DNA of 64,000 nt from Acidimicrobiales bacterium. Lineage in GTDB: Bacteria > Actinomycetota > Acidimicrobiia > Acidimicrobiales > GCA-2861595. Where the stretch lies: positions 39,824-103,823 of the forward strand of contig DATLCN010000035.1 of assembly GCA_035526335.1 (NCBI GenBank), read 5' to 3'. Position numbers and translations under genes: made by a program. Of the stretch, positions 32,326-41,752 are shown piece by piece. The notes beneath the pieces are model-generated. The model made no database searches, had not been told where the DNA came from, and saw nothing but the letters and a program-made list of their open reading frames with translations. Each line of letters opens with the position of its first letter. Position 1 is the stretch's first letter.

Positions 32326-32725
32326 CCTGGGACGACCTCGCGAGGGAGCTGCGGGCCCACTCGGAAGGGCTGGGTACCGGCGCCACCAACGAGGAGATCA
32401 TCGACGCGAGAGCCACGCCCCCGTCATGGCCGGCCAGGCCGAGCCGCCTCCTCTCGGCCGGACGTTGCTTCGCCGCCGGGCCGGCCACGGTGCGGCGGTG
32501 GGGTTCGTGGACCGGCTACGCCAGCTCCCCAACGTGGAGGTCTGCCATGTCGACGACTCTTAGGAGGAGGAGGCGTGGCGGTGGCTTCGACGCCACGACG
32601 AACGGGAGAACTCGTTCGTCGACGCGACCAGCTTCGTTGTGATGCGCAAGCGCCGGCTCAGGCAAGCCCTCGCCTTCGACGGTGACTTCACGGCCGCCGG
32701 CTTCGTCGAGGTGCGGCCGGCTTGA
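32326..32725 (+). pseudogene. decayed PIN-domain (VapC-like) toxin remnant
   Basis: Frame 2 reads '...TLLRRRAGHGAAVGFVDRLRQLPNVEVCHVDDS', then TAG (32561-32563), then 'EEEAWRWLRRHDERENSFVDATSFVVMRKRRLRQALAFDGDFTAAGFVEV'. The second half looks like a PIN C-terminus. No N-terminal Asp strand is present, and a frame change is likely near 32420. Confidence 0.5.
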
Positions 32726-32799
32726 CGACGAGAGGCGGCGCCCACCGCGCCGATCGTCGTGGCTGCGCTCATGGGCAGAAATAGAGCAACATAGAGCCT

Positions 32800-33993
32800 A
32801 TGTCCTCCCCCGCATCCGTTCAGAGCCCTGATCCGACCGCTACCCGCTGGCTGGCGATGGGGCAGTCCGCAGATCCCGATGCCAGCAAGGCGGGGGCCGA
32901 AGCGGCCCGCAAGGCCCTCACCAACGAGGACCCGCGCCTCATGCTGGTGTTCTGCTCGGAGGCCTACGACCTCAAGGCGCTCCTCGCCGGGATCAATGGC
33001 GAATCGGGTGGAGTCCCCTTGATCGGCTGTTCCACCGCCGGCGAGATCGCCACATCGGGCCCCACCGACGCCAGCGTCGTGGTCGTCGCTTTCGGCGGCC
33101 CCGGATTCTTTGTAGCCACCGGGTTCGGTCTCACCTCCGGCGGCCTGCGGGAAGCGGCGGCCGAGGCCGCGGCCTGTGCCGCGGAGACCGGGGACAGCGC
33201 CCACCGCGTCCTTCTCGTGCTGAGCGACGGCCTCGGCGGTGACCAGATGGAGGTGGTTCGGGGCGCCTACAGCGTGGTCGGCACCGAGGTCCCCCTCGTC
33301 GGTGGTTGCGCCGGCGACGACCTGAAGATGAAGAGCACGTACCAGTTGGTGGGCGACCAGGTCCTCGAGGGCGCGGTGGTCTGCGCCGCCCTCGGATCGG
33401 ATGCCCCGATGGGTATCGGCGTGCAGCACGGCTGGCGCAAGGTGGGCGAGCCGATGCTGGTCACCTCCAGCGGTGCCAACCGCGTCCACACTCTCGACGA
33501 CCAGGCCGCCCTCGACGTGTACCTCCAGCGTCTCAATGCCCCGGCCGAGGCGGCCAACGATCCCGCCGCCTTCACCCGCTTCGCCCTCACCCATCCCCTC
33601 GGGCTCAGCCGGCGCAGCGGGGAAGAGGTTCGCTTCGTCGCCGAAGCGAACTTCGAGGACCGCTCCATCGGCTGCATCGCCGAGGTCCCCCAGGGTGGGC
33701 TGGCGTGGATGATGGAGGGCGATGACGACTCCGTGCTGGCGGCCACCGATGTGGCCTGCAACGACGCCCTTGCCGCTCTCGGAGGCAGTCGGCCACTCGG
33801 CCTCGTGGCCTTCGACTGCATCGCCCGACGAGGAGTGCTGGGCGACGAGGGAATCAGCCGTGAGGTCGAGCGCATCGCCACCCATGCCGGCGGGGCGCCG
33901 GTGGCCGGCTTCTACACTTACGGTGAGATCGCCCGGACGAAGGGGATGAGCGGGTTCCACAACCAGACTCTCGTCGTGCTCGCACTGGGGTGA
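32800..33993 (+). CDS. FIST-domain signal-transduction protein
   Basis: 397 aa with 'LMLVFCSEAYDLKALLAGI...GVPLIGCSTAGEI' (FIST_N) and a 'FDCIARRGVLG...GFYTYGEI' C-terminal FIST_C pattern. Confidence 0.88.
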   Translation: MSSPASVQSPDPTATRWLAMGQSADPDASKAGAEAARKALTNEDPRLMLVFCSEAYDLKALLAGINGESGGVPLIGCSTAGEIATSGPTDASVVVVAFGGPGFFVATGFGLTSGGLREAAAEAAACAAETGDSAHRVLLVLSDGLGGDQMEVVRGAYSVVGTEVPLVGGCAGDDLKMKSTYQLVGDQVLEGAVVCAALGSDAPMGIGVQHGWRKVGEPMLVTSSGANRVHTLDDQAALDVYLQRLNAPAEAANDPAAFTRFALTHPLGLSRRSGEEVRFVAEANFEDRSIGCIAEVPQGGLAWMMEGDDDSVLAATDVACNDALAALGGSRPLGLVAFDCIARRGVLGDEGISREVERIATHAGGAPVAGFYTYGEIARTKGMSGFHNQTLVVLALG

Positions 33994-33999
33994 CCTGAG

Positions 34000-36924
34000 G
34001 TGGTCTCCTCGACTGCCGGCCCCGCCCAGCAACTGGCAGAGGTACTGGCCGTGCTGGCGTCGTCGCAGGGCGAGGACACGGCGGCGCAGCGTGGGCTGGA
34101 GCGGATCGCCGAATGCTTCGACGCGGAGGTGGGCGCACTGGTCAACGCCAAGGCGATAGCCGCGGTGATCGGCTTCCCGGTTGGAAAGGTGCCGACTGCG
34201 GAGCTGCTCGAGGCCGCTGCCGGGCAGCGTCAGCACCTGGACCTGCCCGGTGCGGGCGAGGGCACGGTGGTCACCGTTCCGGTGGAGAGGGAGACCGACA
34301 GCTCGATCGTCCTGGTGCGCTCCGGCGGCCAGGACTTCGATCCGGAGGAGGTGAGCCTCCTGCGGGGCATGGCCAAGGTGCTGGCCCTCGCCCTGCGGAT
34401 GCTGCGCATGGTGGACACCATCCAGCAGAGCGAGGAGCACTCCCGGGCCATCCTCCGTTTTGCCGACGACGCCTTCATCTCCATGGACTCCGACGGGCGG
34501 GTCACGGCCTGGAACGAGAAGGCGATGAAGACGTTCGGTTGGTCCGAGAGCGAGGCCATCGGGAGCGAAATGGCGGAGCTGGTCGTACCTCCCCGACACC
34601 GTCGTGCCCACCGGGAGGGATTGTCCCGCTTCCTCGCCACCGGCGAGGGCCCCGTCCTCAACCAGCGCATCGAGACCACGGCGTGGCGGGAGGACGGCAT
34701 CGAGATCCCCGTCGAGATGGCCATCTGGCCCGTGTCCTCGAACGGGACGTGGACCTTCAGCGCCTTCGTCCGCGACATCTCGGAACGTCGCCGGGCCGAG
34801 GAGGCTTTGAGAAGGAACGAGCGGCGTCTGGCCGACGCCCAGGAGATCGCCCGCCTGGGCAGTTGGGAATGGACCACATCCCAGAACAGCATGTCGTGGT
34901 CGGACCAGCTTTACAGCGTCTTCGGCCGCCCGGCGGGGACCGTCGCTTCACTGGAGGACTTCATCTCGTCGGTCCATTCCGAGGACCGTGAGCTGGTCGA
35001 CCAGGCCCTCCGCACCGCCTCGGAGTCTGCCGAGCGATTCGAGCTCGAATGCCGTGTCGCTCTGCCGGAAGAGGCGGAGCGTGTTGTCCACGTGCGGGGC
35101 GAGCCCGTCCTCGATGGCGGGGGGCTGTTGGTCGGGTTCCGCGGGACGGGCCAGGACGTCACCGAGATCACGCGTGCCGAGCGGGAGACCGATCGTCTGG
35201 CCACCGAGCTTCGTCTGCTGCTCGAGTCAGCGGCCGAGGGGATATGGGGGGTGGACGTCGAGGGCTCCTTCACCTTCATCAACCGGGCGGCGGCACAGAT
35301 GTTCGGGTGGGCGCCCGAGGAGATGATCGGCAAGAACGCCCACCTCATGGTGCACCACAGCCGCCCGGATGGCAGTGCCTACCCAGCCGAGGACTGCCCC
35401 ACCTTCCGCTCGTTCCGGTCCGGCGAGGGCCACCGGATCGACGGGGAGGTGCTGTGGCGCCGGGACGGCACTGCGTTCCCCACTTCCTATGCCTCGTTCC
35501 CGATCGAGCACGACGGAGTCCTCCAGGGGGCCGTCATCACGTGCTCGGACATAACCGAGAGGCAGAAGGCGGCCGACGCCCTGAGCGAGGCCAACCTGCG
35601 CCTCCAACAGCTCGCCAGCAGCGATGCGCTCACCGGCCTGCCGAACCGCGCCCTGTTCTCCGATCGTCTGGATCAGGCTCTGGCTCTGGCCCGCCGCGAG
35701 CAGCGGGAGGTCGCGGTGCTGTTCATCGACCTCGACCGCTTCAAGGACGTCAACGACAGCCTGGGCCACCACACCGGTGACGATCTGCTGGTGGAGGTCT
35801 CCCACCGTCTGACCGACGCGTTGCGCGACAGCGACACCGTGGCCCGGCTCGGTGGCGACGAGTTCGCCGTCCTGCTGGGCGGGACGGCGTCCCCCGAGGA
35901 GGCAGCGGCGGCGGCCGAGCGGATCCTGACGTCGTTCCGGCGACCCTTCACCATCGGAGGGGTCGAGTTCATGGTCAGCGCCAGCGTCGGAGTGGCTCTC
36001 TGGCCGGAGGACTGCCGCTCCAAGGCCGAGCTGCTCCAGCACGCCGACGTCGCCATGTACCGGTCCAAGGCGGCGGGCGGCAACCGCTTCGAGATGTTCC
36101 AGCCGGCCATGACCGTGGCCGCCCGGGACCGCCTGACCGTGGAGCGCGAGATGCGGCTTGCCCTCGAAGCGGGGCGGTTCTTCCTCCGTTACCACCCGCA
36201 GGTCGAGCTGGCCACCGGAGCCGTGGTGGGGGTGGAGGCGCTGGTGCGCTGGGAGCATCCGCGGCGGGGCGAGGTGATGCCGCTCGAGTTCATCGAGCTG
36301 GCCGAGGAGACCGGCCTGATAGTTCCCATCGGTGCCTGGGTGCTCATGGAGGCCTGCCGCCAGGCCGCCCGTTGGCGGGTCGAGCTGGCGGAGAGGGCCC
36401 CTCTGCGGATGGCCGTCAACGTCTCCCCGCGGCAGCTGGCCAACGCCGACTTCGTGGCCCAGGTGGAAGACAGTCTGGCGGGAACGGGCCTTGCTGCCAC
36501 CGATCTCGAGTTGGAGATCACCGAGAGCACCCTCATCAGCGAGACCGGCCCCGCCGCCGGCACCTTGAAGACCTTGCGCCAGCTCGGGATAAGCGTAGCC
36601 ATCGACGACTTCGGCAGCGGCTACTCGTCCTTGGGCCACCTGCGGCGCTTTCCGGTGGATCGCCTGAAGCTCGACATGTCCTTCGTCGCCGGCCTGGGGC
36701 GCCCCAAGACCTGTGACGGTCGTCATGACGAGACGGCTCTCGTGGCTGCCGCCGTCGACCTGGCTCACGCCCTGGGCATCCAGGCCCTGGCCGAGGGCGT
36801 GGAGACCGAGGATCAACGCCTGGCTCTGGTCGCCATCGGCGCCGAGGAGGCCCAGGGCTACTTGTGGACCCGTCCGCTACGCAGCGACGAGTTCACGGAA
36901 TGGTTGGGTGCTCAGGCGACCTGA
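34000..36924 (+). CDS. multi-PAS GGDEF-EAL protein (c-di-GMP cyclase/phosphodiesterase)
   Basis: 974 aa. An N-terminal GAF-like region is followed by three PAS/PAC repeats. It has 'RLGGDEFAVLL' (intact GGDEF), 'VGVEALVRW' (EAL) and 'DDFGSGYSSL'. Confidence 0.93.
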   Translation: MVSSTAGPAQQLAEVLAVLASSQGEDTAAQRGLERIAECFDAEVGALVNAKAIAAVIGFPVGKVPTAELLEAAAGQRQHLDLPGAGEGTVVTVPVERETDSSIVLVRSGGQDFDPEEVSLLRGMAKVLALALRMLRMVDTIQQSEEHSRAILRFADDAFISMDSDGRVTAWNEKAMKTFGWSESEAIGSEMAELVVPPRHRRAHREGLSRFLATGEGPVLNQRIETTAWREDGIEIPVEMAIWPVSSNGTWTFSAFVRDISERRRAEEALRRNERRLADAQEIARLGSWEWTTSQNSMSWSDQLYSVFGRPAGTVASLEDFISSVHSEDRELVDQALRTASESAERFELECRVALPEEAERVVHVRGEPVLDGGGLLVGFRGTGQDVTEITRAERETDRLATELRLLLESAAEGIWGVDVEGSFTFINRAAAQMFGWAPEEMIGKNAHLMVHHSRPDGSAYPAEDCPTFRSFRSGEGHRIDGEVLWRRDGTAFPTSYASFPIEHDGVLQGAVITCSDITERQKAADALSEANLRLQQLASSDALTGLPNRALFSDRLDQALALARREQREVAVLFIDLDRFKDVNDSLGHHTGDDLLVEVSHRLTDALRDSDTVARLGGDEFAVLLGGTASPEEAAAAAERILTSFRRPFTIGGVEFMVSASVGVALWPEDCRSKAELLQHADVAMYRSKAAGGNRFEMFQPAMTVAARDRLTVEREMRLALEAGRFFLRYHPQVELATGAVVGVEALVRWEHPRRGEVMPLEFIELAEETGLIVPIGAWVLMEACRQAARWRVELAERAPLRMAVNVSPRQLANADFVAQVEDSLAGTGLAATDLELEITESTLISETGPAAGTLKTLRQLGISVAIDDFGSGYSSLGHLRRFPVDRLKLDMSFVAGLGRPKTCDGRHDETALVAAAVDLAHALGIQALAEGVETEDQRLALVAIGAEEAQGYLWTRPLRSDEFTEWLGAQAT

Positions 36925-36979
36925 CCGTCCGGCCACCTCCTTGGCGACGGTCCCCGCCTCGACTCCGTAGGCTCCAGCG

Positions 36980-37723
36980 GTGCTCGGGCTGCCGGATTCG
37001 ATACGGGGTTGCTTGTTCGACCTCGATGGAGTTCTGACCCAGACGGCCACGGTGCACGCCACCGCTTGGAAGGAGATGTTCGACGCCTTCCTCGAGCAGT
37101 ACGCCGCTGCCACCGGTGATCCTTTCGTGGCCTTCGACCCGGTCCGGGACTATGGGGCCTACGTCGACGGGATGCCCCGGGCCGACGGTGTGCGGAAGCT
37201 CCTTGCCTCCAGGGGGATCGGCCTCCCGGAGGGGTCTCCCGGCGATCCGCCCGAGGCGGAGACCGTCGCCGGCCTTGGGAACCGCAAGAACGAGCTCGTG
37301 CTGAAGCTCATCGAGGAGCGGGGCGTCACCGTCTTCGACGGCTCTGTCCGGTATGTGCGTGCCGTTCGTGGTGCCGGCCTGTCGGCAGGCGTGGTGTCCT
37401 CCAGCGCCAACACGGTCTCGATCCTGGAGTCGGCGGGTCTCACCGAGCTGTTCGACGTTCGGATAGACGGGGTGGTGGCTGCGGAGCGGGGGCTGCCGGG
37501 CAAGCCCAGCCCCGACACCTTCCTCGCCGGCGCCGAGGCTCTGGGCCTGGAGCCCGAGGAGGCAGCGGTGTTCGAGGACGCCCTCGCCGGCGTAGAGGCG
37601 GGTGTGGCCGGCGGGTTCGGCTTCGTCGTGGGGGTCGACCGGATCGACCAGGCCACCGCCCTCCGTGAGCGGGGCGCCGACATCGTGGTCTGCGACCTGG
37701 CCGAGCTCCTGGACGGCCAGTGA
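36980..37723 (+). CDS. beta-phosphoglucomutase-family HAD hydrolase
   Basis: 247 aa with 'CLFDLDGVLTQT' (DxD), 'SSSAN' and 'VFEDALAGVEAG'. GTGA-type overlap with the GH65 gene. Confidence 0.88.
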   Translation: MLGLPDSIRGCLFDLDGVLTQTATVHATAWKEMFDAFLEQYAAATGDPFVAFDPVRDYGAYVDGMPRADGVRKLLASRGIGLPEGSPGDPPEAETVAGLGNRKNELVLKLIEERGVTVFDGSVRYVRAVRGAGLSAGVVSSSANTVSILESAGLTELFDVRIDGVVAAERGLPGKPSPDTFLAGAEALGLEPEEAAVFEDALAGVEAGVAGGFGFVVGVDRIDQATALRERGADIVVCDLAELLDGQ

Positions 37724-40083
37724 CGGCTTACCCGGCGTTCGAACCCGAACCCTGGTGCGTGCGGGAAACCGCCCTGGACCTCGAGACGCTGGCTCAGGCC
37801 GAGTCCATATTCGCCTTGGCCAACGGGCATCTCGGGCTGCGGGGCAACTTCGACGAGGGCGAGCCCTACGGCCTACCCGGCACATACCTGAACGGCCTGT
37901 ACGAGCTGCGTCCGTTGCCTTATGCCGAGGGCGGCTACGGGTACCCCGAGTCCGGCCAGGCCATCGTGAACGTGACCGACGGCAAGCTGATGCGGCTGCT
38001 CGTCGACGACGAGCCCTTCGACGTGCGCTACGGGCGGCTCCGCGCCCACGAGCGGGTGCTCGACATGCAGGCCGGCACGCTCACCCGCGACGTCGACTGG
38101 GTGTCGCCGGCCGGCCAGGCGGCGCGGATCCGTTCCGTCCGCCTCGTCTCGTTCTCCCAGCGGGCCGTAGCCGCCATCAGCTACGAGGTGGAGGCAGTCG
38201 ACGACGCCGCCCGCGTCGTGGTGCAGTCCGAGCTGGTGGCCAACGAGCCGCTGCCCGTGTCGGGCGACGATCCCCGGGCGGCGGCGGCACTGGCCTCGCC
38301 GCTCGTCTCGGAGGACCACGGCTGCCACGGGCCCGCCGGCGTCGAGCTGGTCCACCAGATGGCGGCCAGCGGACTGCGTCTCGCGGCGGCCATGGACCAT
38401 CTCGTTGCCGGCCCGCCGGGGACGGTGGTGAACGCCGAGTCCGAGCCCGACACCGGCCGCGTCACCGTCACCACGGTGCTCGAACCCGGGCAACGGCTGC
38501 GCATCGTCAAGCTGCTGGCTTACGGATGGTCGAGCCTGCGCTCGCGGCGGGCGCTGCGGGACCAGGTGGTGGCCGCGCTCACCGCAGCTCGCCACTCCGG
38601 ATGGGAGGGGCTCCTCGACGAGCAGCGCCGGTACCTGGACGATTTCTGGAACCGCGCCGGCGTGGAGGTGGAAGGCGACCCCGAGATCGAGCAGTCTGCC
38701 CGCTTCGCCGTGTTCCAGGTGCTCCAGGCCGGCGCCCGGGCCGAGGGACGGGCCATCCCGGCCAAGGGGCTCACCGGCACGGGCTACGACGGCCACGCCT
38801 TCTGGGACAGCGAGACCTTCGTGCTCCCGGTGCTCACCCACACCTTCCCCAAGGCGGCGGCCGACGCTCTGCGCTGGCGCCACTCCACCCTGCCGGTGGC
38901 GAGGGAACGGGCCCGGACCCTCGGCCACCGGGGAGCCGTGTTCCCGTGGCGGACGATCGCCGGGGAGGAGTGCTCGGGGTACTGGCCGGCCGGCACAGCC
39001 GCCTTCCACGTGAACGCCGACATCGCCGACGCCGTCGTCCGCTACGTGGACGCCACGGGGGACGAGGAGTTCGAGGCGGAGATCGGCGTGGACATCCTCG
39101 TGGAGACGGCCCGTCTCTGGTCCTCCCTCGGCCACCACGACGGCGGGGGCCGGTTCCGCCTGCCCGGCGTCACCGGGCCCGACGAGTACAGCGCCATCGC
39201 CGACGACAACGTTTTCACCAACCTCATGGCCCAGCAGAACTTCCTGGCCGCGGCCGACGCCACGCAGCGCCATGGCCAGAGAGCGACCGAGCTGGGGGTC
39301 GAGCCGCACGAGGTCGAGGCTTGGCGGAGCGCCGCCTCGTCGATGTACGTCCCCTACGACGAGCGCTTGGGCGTCCACCCCCAATCCAACTGCTTCACCG
39401 GCCACGACGTGTGGGACTTCGAGGCGACGAGGGCCGATCAGTACCCGCTGTTCCTGCACTTCCCGTACTTCGACCTGTACCGCAAGCAGGTGGTGAAGCA
39501 GGCCGACCTGGTGCTGGCCATGCACCTTCGCGGTGACGCCTTCACCCACGAGGAGAAGTGCCGCAACTTCGCCTATTACGAGCCGCTCACCGTCCGGGAC
39601 TCGTCGCTGTCGGCTCCCACCCAGGCGGTGATGGCGGCCGAGACCGGCCATCTCGAGCTGGCCTACGACTACCTGCGGGAGTCGCTCCTGGTCGACCTGA
39701 AGGACCTGCACGACAACGCCGGCAACGGCCTCCACCTCGCCGCCCTGGCCGGCGGCTGGTCTGCACTGGTGGCCGGTTTCGGCGGGTTCCGGGCCCGCAA
39801 CGGGGCCGTTTCGTTCGCACCCCGCCTGCCGGCGGCCATCACGCGCCTCGTGTTCCACCTGCAGTACCGGGACCGGTGCCTGCAGGTGGTGGTCACGCCC
39901 GAAGAGGCGAGCTACGTGCTCCAATCAGGCGAGCCCATCGAGGTCACGCACCACGGCGAGCCGCTGAAGGTGACGATGAAGGACCCGGTAAGCCTCCCCA
40001 TACCCGGGCTCTCGCCGATCACCCGCCCGGCCCATCCCCCCGGCCGGGCCCCGGCCCGCCGCCACCTCACTGCCGACGAGTAG
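37720..40083 (+). CDS. glycoside hydrolase family 65 disaccharide phosphorylase (maltose/trehalose/kojibiose-type)
   Basis: 787 aa with 'ESIFALANGHLGLRGNFDEG', 'GLTGTGYDGHAFWDSE' and 'DNAGNGLHLAALAGGW'. Confidence 0.92.
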   Translation: MTAYPAFEPEPWCVRETALDLETLAQAESIFALANGHLGLRGNFDEGEPYGLPGTYLNGLYELRPLPYAEGGYGYPESGQAIVNVTDGKLMRLLVDDEPFDVRYGRLRAHERVLDMQAGTLTRDVDWVSPAGQAARIRSVRLVSFSQRAVAAISYEVEAVDDAARVVVQSELVANEPLPVSGDDPRAAAALASPLVSEDHGCHGPAGVELVHQMAASGLRLAAAMDHLVAGPPGTVVNAESEPDTGRVTVTTVLEPGQRLRIVKLLAYGWSSLRSRRALRDQVVAALTAARHSGWEGLLDEQRRYLDDFWNRAGVEVEGDPEIEQSARFAVFQVLQAGARAEGRAIPAKGLTGTGYDGHAFWDSETFVLPVLTHTFPKAAADALRWRHSTLPVARERARTLGHRGAVFPWRTIAGEECSGYWPAGTAAFHVNADIADAVVRYVDATGDEEFEAEIGVDILVETARLWSSLGHHDGGGRFRLPGVTGPDEYSAIADDNVFTNLMAQQNFLAAADATQRHGQRATELGVEPHEVEAWRSAASSMYVPYDERLGVHPQSNCFTGHDVWDFEATRADQYPLFLHFPYFDLYRKQVVKQADLVLAMHLRGDAFTHEEKCRNFAYYEPLTVRDSSLSAPTQAVMAAETGHLELAYDYLRESLLVDLKDLHDNAGNGLHLAALAGGWSALVAGFGGFRARNGAVSFAPRLPAAITRLVFHLQYRDRCLQVVVTPEEASYVLQSGEPIEVTHHGEPLKVTMKDPVSLPIPGLSPITRPAHPPGRAPARRHLTADE

Positions 40084-40179
40084 TCGGTTCTCCACACGCT
40101 GAACCTTTCGGTCCACAGCCTTTACCCCCTTGCGTTCCACAGGCCGACGGGCAGAAGGTGGGGGGAAGGAGGCGAATGC

Positions 40180-40362
40180 ATGGACGTTCACTCGAAAGCT
40201 GTGGCCGAGGAGCTGCGCCGCCGGCACCTTGGCCGCCCGGAGCTGCTCAACTCGCTGGAAGACTCCGGCCGCTCCACGTGGCTGCCAGGGGAGCTGGAAA
40301 AGGTGCCCTCGTCGTTGTTGGTGCTGGCGGCGGTGTCGCTGGCCCGCCCGGAGGACCCCTGA
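40180..40362 (+). CDS. small hypothetical protein (60 aa)
   Basis: A near-perfect SD 'GGAAGGAGG' lies 8-9 nt upstream of ATG 40180. Third-position G/C is high throughout. No family recognised. Confidence 0.45.
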   Translation: MDVHSKAVAEELRRRHLGRPELLNSLEDSGRSTWLPGELEKVPSSLLVLAAVSLARPEDP

Positions 40363-40416
40363 CCTGCAGTCTGTGCCCGCCGGCCGGCGACACAAACCGC
40401 GTGCGAAGGTGCAGGA

Positions 40417-40935
40417 ATGGCCAAATGCCGTCTGGGTGTCGCCCTCCTGCTGCCCCCCGACCTCGCCGCCGAGGTGGACGGCCTACGCCGTGGGCTCGGC
40501 GACGGCGCCCTGGCCCGGATACCTCCCCACATCACCCTGGTCCCGCCGGTCAACGTGAGGGAGGGCCAGCTCGATGAGGCCTTCGCCATCCTCCGCCGTG
40601 CCGCGGCCACCACGGCTCCCCTTGCCGTCAAGGTGGGCCCGCCGGCCACTTTCGTCCCCGACAACCCGGTGGTGTACCTGCAGGTCGGAGGCGACCTCGC
40701 CCCCCTGCGCACGCTGCGTGATGCGGTCTTCCTGGAGCCGTTGGACCGGCCACTGACCTGGCCCTGGGTGCCGCACGTCACCATCGCCGACGATGCCGCG
40801 CCGGGGCGCATCCGCGCCGCCTTGGTCGCGCTGCAGGACTATGTGGTCGAAGCGACCTTCGACAGCGTGCACCTGCTGCGGGAGAAACCCGGCCGAATCT
40901 GGGAGCCCGTGGCCAACGCCCTCTTCACCCGCTGA
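40417..40935 (+). CDS. 2H phosphoesterase / 2'-5' RNA ligase (LigT-like) family protein
   Basis: 172 aa with two HxT motifs: 'PPHITLVPP' and 'VPHVTIADD'. Confidence 0.85.
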   Translation: MAKCRLGVALLLPPDLAAEVDGLRRGLGDGALARIPPHITLVPPVNVREGQLDEAFAILRRAAATTAPLAVKVGPPATFVPDNPVVYLQVGGDLAPLRTLRDAVFLEPLDRPLTWPWVPHVTIADDAAPGRIRAALVALQDYVVEATFDSVHLLREKPGRIWEPVANALFTR

Positions 40936-41055
40936 CTGCGGGATCGTTGTGCTGTGGCCATCCAACTGAGGACTCCGACCTCCGCGGACGAGTTCCCCGC
41001 GCTCTGCCTGGAAGCGGTCGAGAGGAACGTGGTCACCCTCGACGGTGACTCAGAC

Positions 41056-41574
41056 TCAGATGGTGAAGCGAAAACGGGTGACGTCGTCGGGGAAATCGAA
41101 CCATGCGACGGCCTTCGTTGGCGTGAACACCAGCAGTCCGCCGGCGCCAGGTCCCTCCCAGGCGTCGGGTCCCGGCTTGTAGCCCCGCTCGCTGTACTTG
41201 TCGGCGAACGCCGCCGACAGCCGGGCGCCGAACTCGAGGCCCGGGGGAGCGGCCGGCGTGGATGTGCCGTCGACGATCACCGCCTTCCAGCCGTCTTCGA
41301 GGTGGAGGGAGCACGACGGGTTCTCGCCCAGGTTGCGGACGTGCACCGTGGTGGGTGCCCCGTCGTACCAGAGACGGCCGTCGACCCACACGCCCCAGCG
41401 GGGGACCACGTGGGGCCTGCCGTCGCGACGGGTCGTCGCCAACCAGTACTGCGGCGACGCCACCAGTTGCGCTTCGACGAACGGCCACTCCAACAGCCCG
41501 TCCGTGGTTGTCGGTACCCCGTAGCCGTCTGGCATCTGTGGCCGATCACGGAGTGGTGGCCTCGGGTTGTCCAC
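41056..41574 (-). CDS. pyridoxamine 5'-phosphate oxidase-family protein
   Basis: 172 aa with 'YWLATTRRDGRPHVVPRWGVWVDGRLWYDG...VRNLGENPSCSLHL'. Confidence 0.85.
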   Translation of the reverse strand: MDNPRPPLRDRPQMPDGYGVPTTTDGLLEWPFVEAQLVASPQYWLATTRRDGRPHVVPRWGVWVDGRLWYDGAPTTVHVRNLGENPSCSLHLEDGWKAVIVDGTSTPAAPPGLEFGARLSAAFADKYSERGYKPGPDAWEGPGAGGLLVFTPTKAVAWFDFPDDVTRFRFTI

Positions 41575-41732
41575 GCCTCTCTGCTACCACATCGCCCGAT
41601 TCGATCATGGCTTGAACCCTGGGAAGTCAGAGGTCGATGGCGTGGATCAGAATGATCTCGATGCTGACAAGGCTGATTCAGCTGCTGACGATCCGCGAAT
41701 CGGGGGCGTGGTCCCCCGATCACAGCGATCCT

Positions 41733-41752
41733 CGCGATTCCGCGGAATCGCG
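41733..41752. promoter_or_regulatory. perfect 20-bp palindrome CGCGATTCCG|CGGAATCGCG (candidate operator or terminator stem)
   Basis: Self-complementary over all 20 positions. It lies in the 340-nt spacer downstream of glpX and upstream of the PPOX gene. Confidence 0.3.

Noticed and set aside
32561-32563. In-frame TAG in the PIN remnant as a recoded (pyrrolysine/readthrough) codon
   Set aside because: Nothing supports recoding. The gene also lacks its N-terminus and appears frameshifted, so decay is the simpler explanation.
32560-34611. 683-aa minus-strand ORF
   Set aside because: It lies antisense to the FIST and GGDEF-EAL genes, which have clear domain signatures. Its composition is that of a shadow ORF.
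37873-39924. 683-aa minus-strand ORF
   Set aside because: It lies antisense to the GH65 phosphorylase. No family motifs are present, and it is rich in G/R/V/H.
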